A DNA stretch of 64,000 nt, taken from assembly GCA_030264375.1 (NCBI GenBank), contig JASCQW010000081.1:53459423-53523422 (forward strand), in the 5' to 3' direction. Shown piece by piece: positions 37,521 to 50,514 of this stretch. Below the pieces are notes generated by a model. That model searched no databases. It was not told the DNA's origin and saw only the letters and a program-made list of their open reading frames with translations. Source of the DNA: Carcharhinus longimanus (taxonomy: Eukaryota). The first letter of the stretch is position 1. Each line of letters begins with the position of its first letter. The position numbers were made by a program, and so were the translations under genes.

Positions 37521-38678
37521 CCCATCCACCCCCACCCACTCCCCACCCAGCTCAGTATCCTCCCCGTATTTCTATCTTTTTGGACTCCCAAAGAATTCCC
37601 AAATTTGTTGTGACTGTAGGTGTCATTAATTCTGAACAAAACAAATCTCAGATTGAAATCCGACTCTGCTGATTGTCATCTGTTTTTTGTATTGTAGAAA
37701 CAAAAAGGAATAGCTTCTGAGCACAAGAGCACAGGAGTGCAGCAATAACTTTTAAAATCTGAAGAACCAAAATGTTTATTGGAAGATTAAACTTAAACAC
37801 ACAAAATAAAAGATATGCAGTTAAGTATGCTGTTCTAGATTCTTAACCATAAAGTTGAGGAAAACCGAGTATTGTTTTAATCTTTATCAGAAGGACTATC
37901 CATGACTTCCCAGAATAAATCCACACTGATGTGGTTTTCCAAAGTATTCTCAAAACCATCTGTTTCTCCAAACAAGTGTTTTCCTGGACCAAAACTGGAG
38001 TTGCACTTCTTCAATTACAAATTTTTCACAAGAACAGGCTTTCAGTGGAACTTCCCCCACAGCTGAAACCCTATTGTTATAAATAATTCTTTAATCCCTT
38101 TCATTTTATTTCTCCATTGTCTTCAAGTATTTCTTTGAAAACTTAAGATTCCCAATACAAAGTTTTTCATGTTACAATTTCATCATTTTTTGGTCAATAC
38201 AATTTTAAAATTCCTGCTCTTGTTTGCTCCTGAATTTCCTGTACAGTGCAAATGTTCTTTGCAATAGCTACAAATCAATTTCAACACTTACCCCCAAATG
38301 CAACTTTCAAATCTGCTCCATTTACTTGCAAGTTAAAACCCACCATCAGGCCTCATGACAAAATACAAAAGGGTCACACCTTTGACCTTTCATTCCTTAG
38401 CTGCCCTGCTCCAACCACCTCTCATTTGATTAAACCTGGACACAGATATAATTTTACTCTTATCTACACAGAATATATATACACAACGTATCATCACATA
38501 AATACAAATTATATTTGCTTCCCGAGTTTTTTCCAGTTTACTTTTAAAGTCTGCCAATGGCTCTTTCGTAGGGTCTGCACACATGCCACAATCTATGCAT
38601 GCATGGTGTCCTGACATCATCTCAGAATGTTGCATCAGGATGTATGCAGCAGAACTGAGAGTTGAGGCTGAATTAGTT

Positions 38679-38999
38679 GGGGTGGCACGGTGGCACAGTG
38701 GTTAGCACTGCTGCCTCACAGCGCCTGGGACCCAGTTCTATTCCCAGCTTGGGTCACTGTCTGTGTGGAGTTTGCACATTCTCTCCGTGTCTACGTGTGT
38801 TTCCTCTGGGTGCTCTGGTTTCTTCCCACAGTCCACAAATGTGCAGGTTAGGTGGATTGGCCATGCTAAATTGTCCCTTAGTGTCAGAGGGGCTAGCTAG
38901 GCTAAATGCATGGGATTATGGGGATAGGGCCTGGGTGGGATTGTGGTTGGTGCAGACTTGATGGGCTGAATGGCCTCCTTCTGCACTGTATGATTCTAG
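38679..38999 (+). mobile_element. V-SINE (HE1-like), near full length
   Basis: A/B-box-like head, V core and tail; closely similar to 2119-2434. Confidence 0.9.
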
Positions 39000-40300
39000 T
39001 TCCGCCTATTTGGCTTGGTATGTTATGTTGGCTGTGTGGGAAACACACTGTTCTAACAATGGATCACAGAACCCATTAGAAAAGAATGCAACTTCAATGC
39101 TAAAAGCTGTATAAAGACTGATTTGTTTTAATGTTTGAAATTGCAGGAAAAGCACAGAAACCATTCAGTTAAGATCAGATAAAAATACTTCTAATGATTT
39201 GGAATGAGTGATAGGAACAATTTGAAATAAAGTTTGTTCCGTCCCTTTTAATGAAGATTTAGTAATTAACATAATCATTTTTGGTTATGCAAATTTTTCA
39301 ACCCATTCAAAGTACTGTACAAGCTTTCTAGGTAAGAGATTCCTCACTCTATTATTCCATTTCTTTAAACAATTTGCAGGTGGAAAGGAGAACTGAAACA
39401 TTGTATAATAGCTAAGAATGCCATTGAGAGTTTCAGATTGCATAACACTATTCAATAAAAGCCATATAATATGCTGGATGCATCCATATAAACATGAATG
39501 TTAACTACATGGCTAAAGCACTGATTTCGTAGCCACAATGGGTTTCTATTCTTCATTTAGTTTTGTATATTTTTCTGAACACTATCAAGAATGAAACATT
39601 TTTGATTGCATTTTACATGACCAAACTGAGTGCATTTATCAGTGCGGGAGGCACATAAAACAGGACTGGTGCCTATACCCCACCCCTCCCCATTGCCCCC
39701 CATCTTCCCACCCATCCCCAAGCTCACCCTGTAAGCTGGGAGGTGGGCAGGCAGCCCATCCGCTATAGTCAAATAGATAATCAAGAGTTAATTTGGCCTG
39801 TTGACCCAGATAATGCATTGTCCATGCCATGAAATGCTTGGCATGGGCAGTCAGATGGGTATGGGCAGACAGATTTTTTTTAAAAATAACCTCTTCAAAG
39901 GGCTGGAAGGAAGTGGGAGGGTGTTCTAGGGCTGCCCATTGCTGAGTTTGGGGCTTCTGCTGAAGATAAAATGCTCCTTTCTTCTTGCTGGGCCACAGCC
40001 TTAAACTACCCTCCTCACTCCCGTCCCTGCCCTACTGAAACCCTCCCTGTCTGTGACCCCTGACTTAGCTGTTTCTGGGGATCCAGGGGCTTCCCCTGTG
40101 TGCAGTCATGGCAGGGCCCAGAAATACAGTCTTGGCACGACTATGACTGATGGAATGGCTGGCCAATCTGATTGGACAGTAGCTCCTTTGGGTAGGATTT
40201 TCTTCCTAGTGAGGGATGGAAGTCCAGCTTGATGAAGTAGTATAAGGGTATCTGGCATTGGAAGGTTTAATAATGAATTGGGAAATAGTACCAACCACAG

Positions 40301-41950
40301 TGTGATGTAAAGAGGCACATGACTTGAGACTAGGGTCAGTTGTGAACTGGACAGAGATCTGTGTAGAAACAAACATGGAGTTAGCTCAGAGCTTGAGCTA
40401 TACTCTATAGACATACAGAGCAATATGTTATCGATAAACAATGTTCAACTACATACTTAGAACCTCTTTGTGCAACTGACTGAACCTATAACATTTGACA
40501 TGGTGGCAGCTATTGGAAAACCTCAGAAGCTGAAGCAGAAATTCAAAAGCTGGAAAATTAAAGGAGCAGCATTTCTGACCCAACCGAAAGCACCTGAAGC
40601 GAAGTCACAGAGGGGATTGCCGGAAAGAAGCTCCACTGCAGAATTGGGAACAGAAAGAAAGAAGAAAAAGCTGAGGACTCTGCAAGATACCATGGAGATC
40701 TATTGTGAATGCCCACAGAGTGCAGAGCCTAAGATCCAAACAGGGGTGAGCAAATATATTCAGTTCTAAGCCAGAATTAGCTTTAATAGCTTCAGTGCCA
40801 TTTAAAAAAAGTCAGAGCAAACCATTTCTCAAAGCACTGCAGGTAGCTGGGGTTTCAGAGTTTGTGCCATGTGGCGGCTGAACTTCTTGGAAGAAAAGAA
40901 AAAGAAGTGGAAGGGATAAAAACCTCTGTCAAAAGCTGGAAATCAGTTGTAAAATGCCCCAAATTCCTCTAATATTGCAGGGAAGGCCCAAGAGTTGATT
41001 GAGTAAATTGCTGCCCAAAAGTAAAGACAAAAAGAGGTCACATAACCATCACGTCAGGAGCCTGGCAAAACATGACAAGTGTGAGAAGGTGCTTTAAAAG
41101 AAATTGATTACTGCAGTGCCATCTTTAAAAGCTGCTCAGGATTTAAAGCTGTACTCACCCGAATTTTAAAGCAACCATGGACAACAAATTAATGTTACCA
41201 GAGCCATTTCCACTTAGCCAAGGGCCAGAGCATTACAAAACTGGGGACTTTGGTGGAAAAGATTCTTGAGATCAATGATAGCATCAGGTTTAAATAAAAA
41301 GACAGAAGCTGAGTCATAGTAGATCCGATGAGTCAATGATCTTATTATGAGGCAAGGAATAAATGGATCCTCAGGTAAATTTGATAAAGTTCTATAATCT
41401 GCCAACAGCACTGATTCATTTTACGTGGTGAAATCAAGCCATGGGATAGAATGGCTCTAACTGTCCAGCTAATGAAGCGACAAATGAGCTGAGACACCAG
41501 ACCAAGGAAGTTAATACCAAAACAGACCACAAGAGGGTAGGCGACCATATCAGTGCTGTGGAGCCAAATGACACCTCAGGCAGGAGCGATGTCCAGCAAT
41601 CTTACTACAGTGTTTAAACTGCAACTGTCTGGGAGACTTTGGAAAATTATGCAAAGCTAAGAAAGACATGCAGATGGGCACAGCAATCCAGGAGGTCGAG
41701 ATACTAAACCAGGAAGTTTAGTACCTCAAGGTACTAAAGGAAGGTCAAGGATCCTGGATTCCCTTCATGGAATGCTGACATTTTGGTAAATGGTTATTTT
41801 CCCAACTTCAAATTGGACACGGGAGCCAGTGTTATGATCCTCTCAGATAAGGAAATGTGGTTGAGGGACCTTTGGCTCCAAACAGATACATGACTTATGC
41901 GCCTGGAGAAATCTGACTTCCAGCCATAGGCATGGTCCTTGAAGCACTAT
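40301..41950 (+). mobile_element. Degenerate Gypsy LTR retrotransposon (5' LTR, PBS, gag, protease; rest missing)
   Basis: TG...CA segment 40301-40500 followed at once by PBS-like TGGTGGCAGC; decayed zinc knuckle CLNCNCLGDFGKLC (about 41611-41653); protease WNADILVNGYFPNFKLDTGASVMILS (about 41768-41845). Confidence 0.75.
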
Positions 41951-42485
41951 AATATTCAAATTCAGATAAATATTCAGAAAACAAATATTTTCTGACATAA
42001 TTTCATGTAATTATCTTTTAAAAAGCAGAAGCATAACAATGTGTAAACAGAAAGTAAACGAAAACTGATCCTTCACATAAAGCAATAACTTCCCTGTTCC
42101 TACACTCCCAAAAACCCCTTTCAAAACTGCAGGCAAATCGAGGAAAATTATATTTACTATCTGTTCTAATGAAAGCTTTTGATGCAGAATTTTGCAAAAG
42201 GGTATATTTTTAGTTAGGACTCTAAGCAGGTATTACATTAAAGAACAGGCTTAAACTTCATTAAAACGAATTACAAAGTACAAAAGAGACAGACCTTTTG
42301 GCTCAAATAGTTCTTGATGGAGTTCATACTTTACCAAACTGTACCAGTTCCCTTGTCATCAAAGCTTATTGTATAAATCTTCCCTTTAAGTGTTCATCTA
42401 ACCTTTCCTCAATTTAAGTTAGGTTTTAATTATCATTTCAACTTTATGTAAAAATGATTCAAAATAGGTGCTGATTGTTACATAC

Positions 42486-42614
42486 CAATACAAGGCCTTC
42501 CGACTCCCTGAGATCTGTAACCCCTTGGACAAACACAGCGATAGCTCCCTTGTGTATTTTCACAGATCTGGTTGTACCGACACTGATGGGTGCCATCTCT
42601 GCATTCATTGATAT
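42486..42614 (-). CDS. HMCN1: Hemicentin-1 exon, cbEGF (DINECRDGTHQCRYNQICENTQGSYRCVCPRGYRSQGVGRPCI)
   Basis: Manual translation (the ORF track shows the wrong frame); 129 nt, AG/GTATG. Confidence 0.95.
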
Positions 42615-44126
42615 CTGTAGAGAAACATTTATCAAAACTGCACTAATGCACAACATATCTTCTCAAGTTGTGCCTTGCTATAGATTTGGTTCCATTGCTC
42701 ACTGAGAAGGGTACTGCACTTCACGTGAGAATAAGAAGTGTGCAAAATATTCAATTTAGTAACTGAGAAATACGTTAAGATCCATCACAGGGCAAACAGA
42801 AAAAAATAAAATTACTCTATGATAAATATTTTAAAAAAGACAAACATGGCACTGCTATTGGGCACAAGACAATCATGTGATTAAGATTATTTAACTTAAT
42901 CTGATATAAACAGATTAAGTATAATTTAAAAAACAAAGCATTTGAGCACTGAGGATGACACATCATATATTCACCATACCTGCTCTTCCCAACATATGTC
43001 ACCCAGTTCATCAGTTACTCATTTCCCCCATCTGAACCAAAGTGGAATGAATGTACTCCACTGCAAATTTCCACTGCACCCAATTCAATTTGGGCAATTT
43101 TATATAGAATACTGATTTGTCAGAATTAAAATATTATCAGTTATGTCACCAGCCCTCCAACTGTTAAAAGGAGGGATTTTCAACTGGCTACTCATTTCAT
43201 GTCATCACCATTGCCACCTCAATAATATTGTTTGACTCCATCTCTGGCTTATCCATGTCTTTGTTACCTCTAGACTTGACTATTTCCAAAGATTGTCAGT
43301 CTCTCACATTCTACTCTTTGTACATTTGAGGCCACTCAAAATTCTATTGCCTGTGTCCTAGCCTATACCAAGTCCTGTTCACTATTATCCGAGTGCTTGC
43401 TCTCCCTCAAGTTGTTTTTGTTGTTCAAAAAAATGGGAGACCAACCGAGGGAAATCTGATTTGCACTCATCTGTCTGGCTGAAATTGAGTTTCAGATAGA
43501 TCTTTAAATGAACATCCAACACATCCTTACTCTCCTCCAGACAAAATCTACTCAGGAAGCTAAATATCCAGATAGTGTTCTTACTTCTGCTGTATGTTCC
43601 TGAGTGCAATTTTCATACAGAAATAGTGTATGGTCACTGTGGATGGGACTATATTGCACCCATTTAATGTCCAAGTATAAAATCTGTTCCAATATTTTTT
43701 AATGGATTGTGATATGAATGGCCTACTCTAGGATAACACTGGATATCACTACAGGAGATGATTACCTTCTCGGATATCATCTTAACACTTAAACCCAATC
43801 AAACAAATAGCACAGGTAAACTTAGGAAGAGGACATTAAGTTACATTTCTTCTTGCCGATTGCGATTTAATTGCTGAATTGTTTCAATATGTTAAAGTTT
43901 AGTATTTGATCTTTGGTTTTGTATCCCATCTCTATAATAACTGACAACGGTAACTTATTTTTAGGTATCGATAGTTCTATGCTAACACAATGCGGCACAT
44001 CTTATGCGTTTAATATGGTCCTTAATTAATCTGAACCCTCTTGAGAAAAATAATCTCTTGACAAATAATCAGTAAACATATCTATTAATGCAGAAATGAG
44101 AATGATCTGCATTGCTTTCAACCTAC

Positions 44127-44252
44127 CAACGCAACTCCCATTTTCAGCTTTGGTCATTCCAGCAGGACACAGATCAATGCATCTGAATCCGCCTCGCGTG
44201 TTCTTGCATTGCTGGTCAGCTTGACATACATTCTGTCTGCACTCGTTGATAT
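44127..44252 (-). CDS. HMCN1: Hemicentin-1 exon, cbEGF (DINECRQNVCQADQQCKNTRGGFRCIDLCPAGMTKAENGSCV)
   Basis: 126 nt, AG/GTAGG. Confidence 0.95.
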
Positions 44253-44570
44253 CTAACAATAAAATGCAGAGCACACACAACAGTTTTTCAGTTGATGAAC
44301 TTTGATGACTTTAATACAGCTTCTTTGTGCAATCCACACTATTGGATTTATATTAAATGATTCACAATGTTTTAAAATTTAAATATTTGTAGCTTATTTA
44401 CATAAAACTGATGTATATTTCTTTCTCTACTTGTTGACAAATTGGAAAAAATCATTACTCAAGTCATGCTTACTGAGACAGAGTGAAGGATTACATTGCA
44501 TATGATTATGAAGCAGTTTGCTTAAATTATGTTTGACATCAGGTTTACATAGCCTGTTCATTGTACCTAC

Positions 44571-44684
44571 CCACACATCTTCTACCTCGTAGTTGATAAC
44601 CTCGATTGCATACACACCGGTAGCTCCCAATGGTATTCAGACAGCGATGTTGACATGGATTAGATTCTTGGCATTCATTGATGT
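44571..44684 (-). CDS. HMCN1: Hemicentin-1 exon, cbEGF (DINECQESNPCQHRCLNTIGSYRCVCNRGYQLRGRRCV)
   Basis: 114 nt, AG/GTAGG. Confidence 0.95.
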
Positions 44685-45522
44685 CTACCAGACAGAAAAT
44701 GTTAATGGTAGTTTGTATAATCAAGCTTGCATACCTTGCCCTTCCAAAAGGGCTGAACTTGCATTTATTTATAAAGATCCCAAAGTGCATCTCAAGTGAA
44801 TAACCATAAAGAAATCATTAATTCTGGAGTTGAAGCTTATGGAACTGAGGACCAATTATTGATCTGGTTAGGAAAATGGCTCAGTGAAAAGAGATAAAGA
44901 GAAAGGCAGGCCGTGTTAGGGACTCAACTATCTGGGTGTCACTGGCTGGTCCAGCATTTACTGCCCATCCCTAATTGCTCTTCTGATGGTTGTGATGAGC
45001 CGCCTTCTTGAACCACAGAAGTCCATGTGATGTAGTTACAATGACAGTGCTGTAAAGGAGTAGTTCACAACTTTTTACTGTATCCATTAACTGAGATGAT
45101 GGAATGGAAAGCCACAGATGGGATTTTTAGCCCCCTGTTATAGTGGGGTCAGACTAGATGGACCTAAAAGTAATACCACCGGTGGGCATGTCATTTCCCT
45201 GATTCTGTCTTGTCCCCCCAGCTATTTTCCCAGAGTTGGAATGGTATTTCACTTTGTCCAAACTGTTTACAGGCTAACCTGCGCCATCCATACTCTCCTT
45301 TTTTGTCAATTTAGAAAGTGGTCTTGTTAAATGAGTTACGTAGTCCTGCATGAAATATTAGCATGAAATGATGATTGTGGCCATTCAGGCTTCCCTCCTT
45401 CTCCAACCCACACTCCCATGCATCTTTGACTTTCCTTCACCCATGCATGTGCTATGAAAAAATACCAGAATATTCCTCAACTCATTTCAAGAAACATAAA
45501 GCTTTTGGAACAGCAACAATAC

Positions 45523-45657
45523 CTTGACAACTTAATCCCTCGAGTGTTCGTCTAAAACCAATGCCACATCTCACTACACAGCGATATGAACCAATGGTAT
45601 TTTCACAGTCTTGTCCACCATGACATGTGTGACCACCTAAAGTGCACTCGTCGACAT
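45523..45657 (-). CDS. HMCN1: Hemicentin-1 exon, cbEGF (DVDECTLGGHTCHGGQDCENTIGSYRCVVRCGIGFRRTLEGLSCQ)
   Basis: 135 nt, AG/GTATT. Confidence 0.95.
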
Positions 45658-47057
45658 CTGAAGAAATAATGACCAGAAATTGCACTTTTACATTCTATTA
45701 ATCAGGTGAAAAGAGTTCAGATTGCCTGTTTAGGGTCAGTCAAATTTTAGAATACTTAGAAATTCAGGGAGTATTTCTATTTAATTGTGGTTCTAAAACT
45801 TCTGTCATTGGTCTTTACATTTCAAACCATGACCAAAAGCTACTATTGAACAGTACTGTGATAATGCTGGGGAATGGAACGTCTTCCCACATTTTGTCCT
45901 GCCAATCAGTATGGAATATTCACATACCAACTGTACCAGCAGAACCCTGGATAATGGGTTAGCAATTAAAATAGGGAATTTTCACTCTAACCTATCTTAG
46001 AAATATTCCTCTAGGCTTTAGAAGATCATCTTCTATTGTTCTACTGAATTATTCCAGTGACAGATGCTGGCAATTTGAATGATTATTTGCTGTTTACATT
46101 CCCAGCAAGAACTGCGTTTGGAGAGACAAATTTGAGACTTCAGCTTGTTATCCTTAGCTTTATTCCAATCCAAACCCCAGAAATGATTTGGTGTCTAATC
46201 ACACATTTTGGGGTCTGGCGAAAAGTCATTGACCTAAAATGTTAGTCTTACCTTTCTCTCTCCGCAGGTATTGCCTGACTTACTGAGTACTCCCACCATT
46301 TTTGTTTTAATTGCTAATACATTGGCTGGGATGCTGCTTAATGGAGCAGAAGTCAGGAGACTGACTTTGACCAACCTTTCCAAATCCACCCTAACCTTGA
46401 ACCACTTTCCTGAATTGGAAGTCATTTGCGATGTACAGTTGGTTCCTGGTATGATTTCCATTGCTAGGAAGGGGCCCAACAAGGCATAGAGGACAATCCA
46501 AATCGTGGTGCAGTGGCGCTGAAATGCTGTGGGAACACTTAAAGAGGCAGAGGCCTCTGGAAGCATGTATAAAACTCCCACTAAAGCCTTCGTCAAGACG
46601 GATATACTAAGCAATGGTGCTGAGCTTGAACTAAAGGTCAGGAAGCTATTACAAAATCCCTTCCCTCCATTTATGGATCTCGAGGTATTTAGCATACTTT
46701 CTGGGGTTTACCAACTTCTTCCATATCACTGCCTTTGCAAGTGGTGAAGGAGGCAGATGAAGGGAAAATTCTGTGCGGATTTCAGACCTGTTCCCTTGTT
46801 TCACTTGATGTGACAAATGGAGAAACAGCAGTTATTTAATGGAGCTTTTCTTTGCTGAGGAAGGGAAATTCAGTTTATGGCAGTATGGTGGCAATAGGCC
46901 TCACTAACTACACTTCCTGTCATTTTCTGTCATAAATTTAGGGTGGGAGTTCAGAGGATGATCAGGCCTGTTGCGGCACTCAACCATCGGTGCACATTAA
47001 GGGTTATTTAATGGCGCAGTGCCTCAATTGTGGTCAATGTAGATCTGAGAATGGGAC

Positions 47058-47085
47058 GTGTGTGTGTGTGTGTGTGTATATATAT
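47058..47085. repeat. (TG)n(TA)n microsatellite
   Basis: Directly visible. Confidence 0.85.
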
Positions 47086-47317
47086 CTTATGTATCAGTAA
47101 ATATTTATTTTAATTGAAACCAAAACCAATTAATCCATTTGGACTATTAAAATATATTTATAACCATTTTTAATTTAAAAATGTTTATATCTTTAAAGAA
47201 GCTACACTCTTAATTTGTTCAAGGAATTTTGCCACAAATTTCTGGAAAGTTTGCTTAAGAATTAACTCTTGTGCTGAATGTTGATTTAAAATTTTATTCA
47301 GTAGAAATTCAATGCAC

Positions 47318-47437
47318 CTTGACAGGTTCTTCCATCAGCAGATATGGTGAGACCTTTTGGGCATGAACAGTAGTATGTTCCCATTGCATTGTGGCATAAA
47401 TGAGAGCAGGGCTTCCGAAAGGCACATTCATCTTCAT
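47318..47437 (-). CDS. HMCN1: Hemicentin-1 exon, cbEGF (DEDECAFRKPCSHLCHNAMGTYYCSCPKGLTISADGRTCQ)
   Basis: Manual translation, absent from the ORF track; 120 nt, AG/GTGCA. Confidence 0.94.
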
Positions 47438-47547
47438 CTGTATTGAATCACAAAAAGTTTTAAACAAGGTTTTATGTCAATTGTTTTATTGGAGGAGTAT
47501 TTGTAAAAGAAAACATGCTCGGTTTTGAATGAAAGTATTCTACTCAC

Positions 47548-47610
47548 CTGAACAATAGGGCCCAACTGAATCCAAAGCAAAACCATTTGGACACTGGTTA
47601 CTACGGTCAC
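47548..47610 (-). CDS. HMCN1: Hemicentin-1 small exon (GDRSNQCPNGFALDSVGPYCS)
   Basis: 63 nt, AG/GTGAGT, phase 1-1; links G2F to the EGF array. Confidence 0.93.
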
Positions 47611-47767
47611 CTGTATTGAGCAAATAACTGTTACTCTGTATTTAAGCACTTGTAGCCACAGCTTTCTCCTTGCTGATATGTTACTTCAGCCAAGTTAACA
47701 GCTTATTAACTACAAGTCCTAAGTCCTACAATGGCAATAAATTTCTTATAAGATTTCTTTTCATTAC

Positions 47768-48005
47768 CTTTAGTGATGATAGCTTGAATCTTGTATTCTA
47801 GAATTTCATCCATTGGGTTGTATTCTGCTGCAATGGATGTAGCGTGGAGTGTCTCTACTAAGTACGGCATTCGGCCTCGATTAGGACTGTATGTAATGGT
47901 GTGATTCCAAGAATATGGTACACTGGCATCATCTACTGTAAACATCCTGGTAGAGTAGGCATAAATCTGACCTGGTCCAATCTGAATGTAGTCTTCTGTG
48001 TAATC
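47768..48005 (-). CDS. HMCN1: Hemicentin-1 exon, G2F domain (DYTEDYIQIGPGQIYAYSTRMFTVDD...YKIQAIITK)
   Basis: 238 nt, ttcAG/GTAAT. Confidence 0.95.
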
Positions 48006-49281
48006 CTGAACACATCATAAAATTAAAATGTTTTCATTTTTGCTCTGTATATAAAAATTATGATATTTATATGGATTTGTGGTGGATGACCAAGAATACA
48101 TTGACCTTGTTTTCTGAACTATGCTACATAATGGCTCAAGGTTGTAGAAAAAATAATGGACAGTGAATAATGCATGCCATCATTAATGTACAAATTAGCC
48201 AGCAATTCATGATGAGATATCCTGTGAATTGGAAGTCGCCATTGGTTGCTGGCCAACTTGTGCACTCTGTTACTGACTGTGCAAAAATGGTATCTTGTCC
48301 TTAAACTTCCTTTAATTTTCATGAAGTTGCGGCATTGGCACATTAACTATCCATTAAACTTGGCAAAGGAAGTCAAATCTTAACTAACAGTGCAAACACC
48401 CTTTTAAGAACATAATGATTGTTAATGATGGACAATCAACTCCCCAAAGTAACCAGTTGAAAGTGCAGACTAGATTCTCATTCCTTCAGGTTGTGAAATA
48501 TTATTGGAGATAGAAAAATGCCAAATTTGACATTTAAAAAGAAATTTTGATTTTTATCTTTTTAATTGATTTCTTGCCTTTCTCTCTATTTTATTTCCTT
48601 ACCTGATTTGACATTAATATCACATTTTTAGTTCACGCTCTAATACTTCCTATGTTTACTTTGCAATCCTTTAATTATTTAAGGGGTGCACATTTTACGC
48701 TGATGCTCATCAAGGTCCCAGATGTGCTGTAGACCTTGCCATACCTTAGCTCACACTTCCAGCAATTTTGTGGGCAAAAATGTTTAAAACCTAGTCTTAC
48801 AGTAACAAATCTATCAAGGTGCCCTGCTAGATGCTCCACTCCAGCAAAATCTGAGTTAATACAAGTATATTTAAATACTGGAGTAATGATAATATGAGGT
48901 TTGATGAGGACTAGCATGTGACTGATTTGTTTCATATATATGCACACACACACATTTGGTCACCAGAGATTAGAGCTATTTATAAAGCAGCAGACCTTTT
49001 TGCATGCATGCATTCAGATATTTACAGAAACTGTACAAGCAGAATCCTTTATTAACAAACAGTGTGATACCACAGCAACTCTAAAAAGCACTTACTCATT
49101 GACTGTCTGCAATGTGTGACATTAAGTTTGGGCCCCATTAAGACTTCTGGCTTTAAAATTGGAGCATGCACTATCAAGCACGGTAGACTTCTACACCTTA
49201 AAATGTGCCAGTACTGAGATTTGGGTGGAAATCCGCATGCATTTCAACCTACTTTTTTTTTAAAAGACATTCTTATAGTAC

Positions 49282-49403
49282 CTTAACATTAAGGTTTACG
49301 GATGATGGTAGTTGCAGCACATATCCATTCACCACAATGTCCAGTAATAGTGCCCCATCTGAGTCCATGCCTCTAGCAATGTGCGTCATTCGTAGTATCT
49401 CTC
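49282..49403 (-). CDS. HMCN1: Hemicentin-1 exon, G2F domain (GEILRMTHIARGMDSDGALLLDIVVNGYVLQLPSSVNLNVK)
   Basis: Manual translation; 122 nt, ctAG/GTACT; phases match both neighbours. Confidence 0.94.
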
Positions 49404-50029
49404 CTAGAAGCCACAGCGGCCAAACCAAAAAGAATTCTCACTCATGCAGCCTGTGCTGTTATCAATGCTCCACTGTGTGGCATTGAATTCAGTGCTAAGA
49501 GATTACAGGACATAAATACATAAAAAATGCTGGGCACTAACACTCTGGCATGGGGGTCTTATTCAAAGTTTTTAAAAAAATATTGTGTTTATTGGCATTT
49601 TCATTGTCTTTATAATTAATTCACTGCTCCTGGTACATTTTAAAATTAACCTAAATGTAACATCAAAATCTTGACAATTGCTTTTACTTTAAAAATTCAA
49701 CATTTTAACTTTACAAATTCTTTATCAGGGCAGTGGTTTCCAACTGGAGGCTTGAAGGCTGTGTGCAGCTCCTGTAAAAAGTCTTGACAACACCACAGGG
49801 GATCCCTCGACACTGAGCAAATTCCTATTTGTACTTAGATTTTGTTACGTGGTTCTGTTTGAATTCTAAGTCTATATAGAGCTTATTATGTAATGGCTTT
49901 TAAGTATTATTGCCGGAATAATGGAATCTGTTAGTAGCAATGTACAATAGATACAATTTAATGGGAATAACATTTTGATGTTATTTGTGACTCTCATACT
50001 CCATGGTATGCATGGATGATATGTTGTTT

Positions 50030-50514
50030 GAATGGATACAGGTGAGGTCCCAGAGGACTGAAGGATAGTGAACATGGTACTGTTGTTTAAAAAGGGTAAT
50101 AGGGATAACCCAGGTAATTATAGGCTGGTGAGTTTGACGTCAGTGGTAGGGAAGTTGTTGGAAAGGATTCTTAGGGATAGGATGTATAAGCATTTAGAGT
50201 GTGGCAATTTGATTAGTGATAGACAGCATGGATTTGTACAGGGGAGGTCGTGCCTTACGAATCTGGTAGAATTTTTTGAGGAGGTGACAAAAACGGTTGA
50301 TGAAGGACGAGCCGTGGATGTCATCTACGTGGATTTCAGTAAGGCGTTTGACAAAGTCCCTCATGGCAGGTTGGTGGAAAAGGTTAAGGCTCATGGGATA
50401 CAAGGACAGGCGGCTAGATGGATTGAGAACTGGCTTAGTAACAGGAGACAGAGGGTAGTAGTGGAAGGGTCTTTTTCTAGCTGGAGGTCTGTGACTAGTG
50501 GTGTGCCGCAGGGC
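50030..50514 (+). mobile_element. Young CR1 RT fragment (open frame up to a gap)
   Basis: FKKGNRDNPGNYRLVSLTSVVGKLLE...QHGFVQGRSCLTNL...DFSKAFDKVPHGRL...SGVPQG. Confidence 0.92.

Noticed and set aside
38679-38755. tRNA-like sequences (also near 2119 and 35737)
   Set aside because: These are SINE heads followed by the V-domain and LINE tail, not tRNA genes.
46234-46747. 153-aa ORF and overlapping ORFs in an HMCN1 intron
   Set aside because: They overlap a Penelope-end fragment and other repeat-like sequence, and the HMCN1 exon chain is complete without them.
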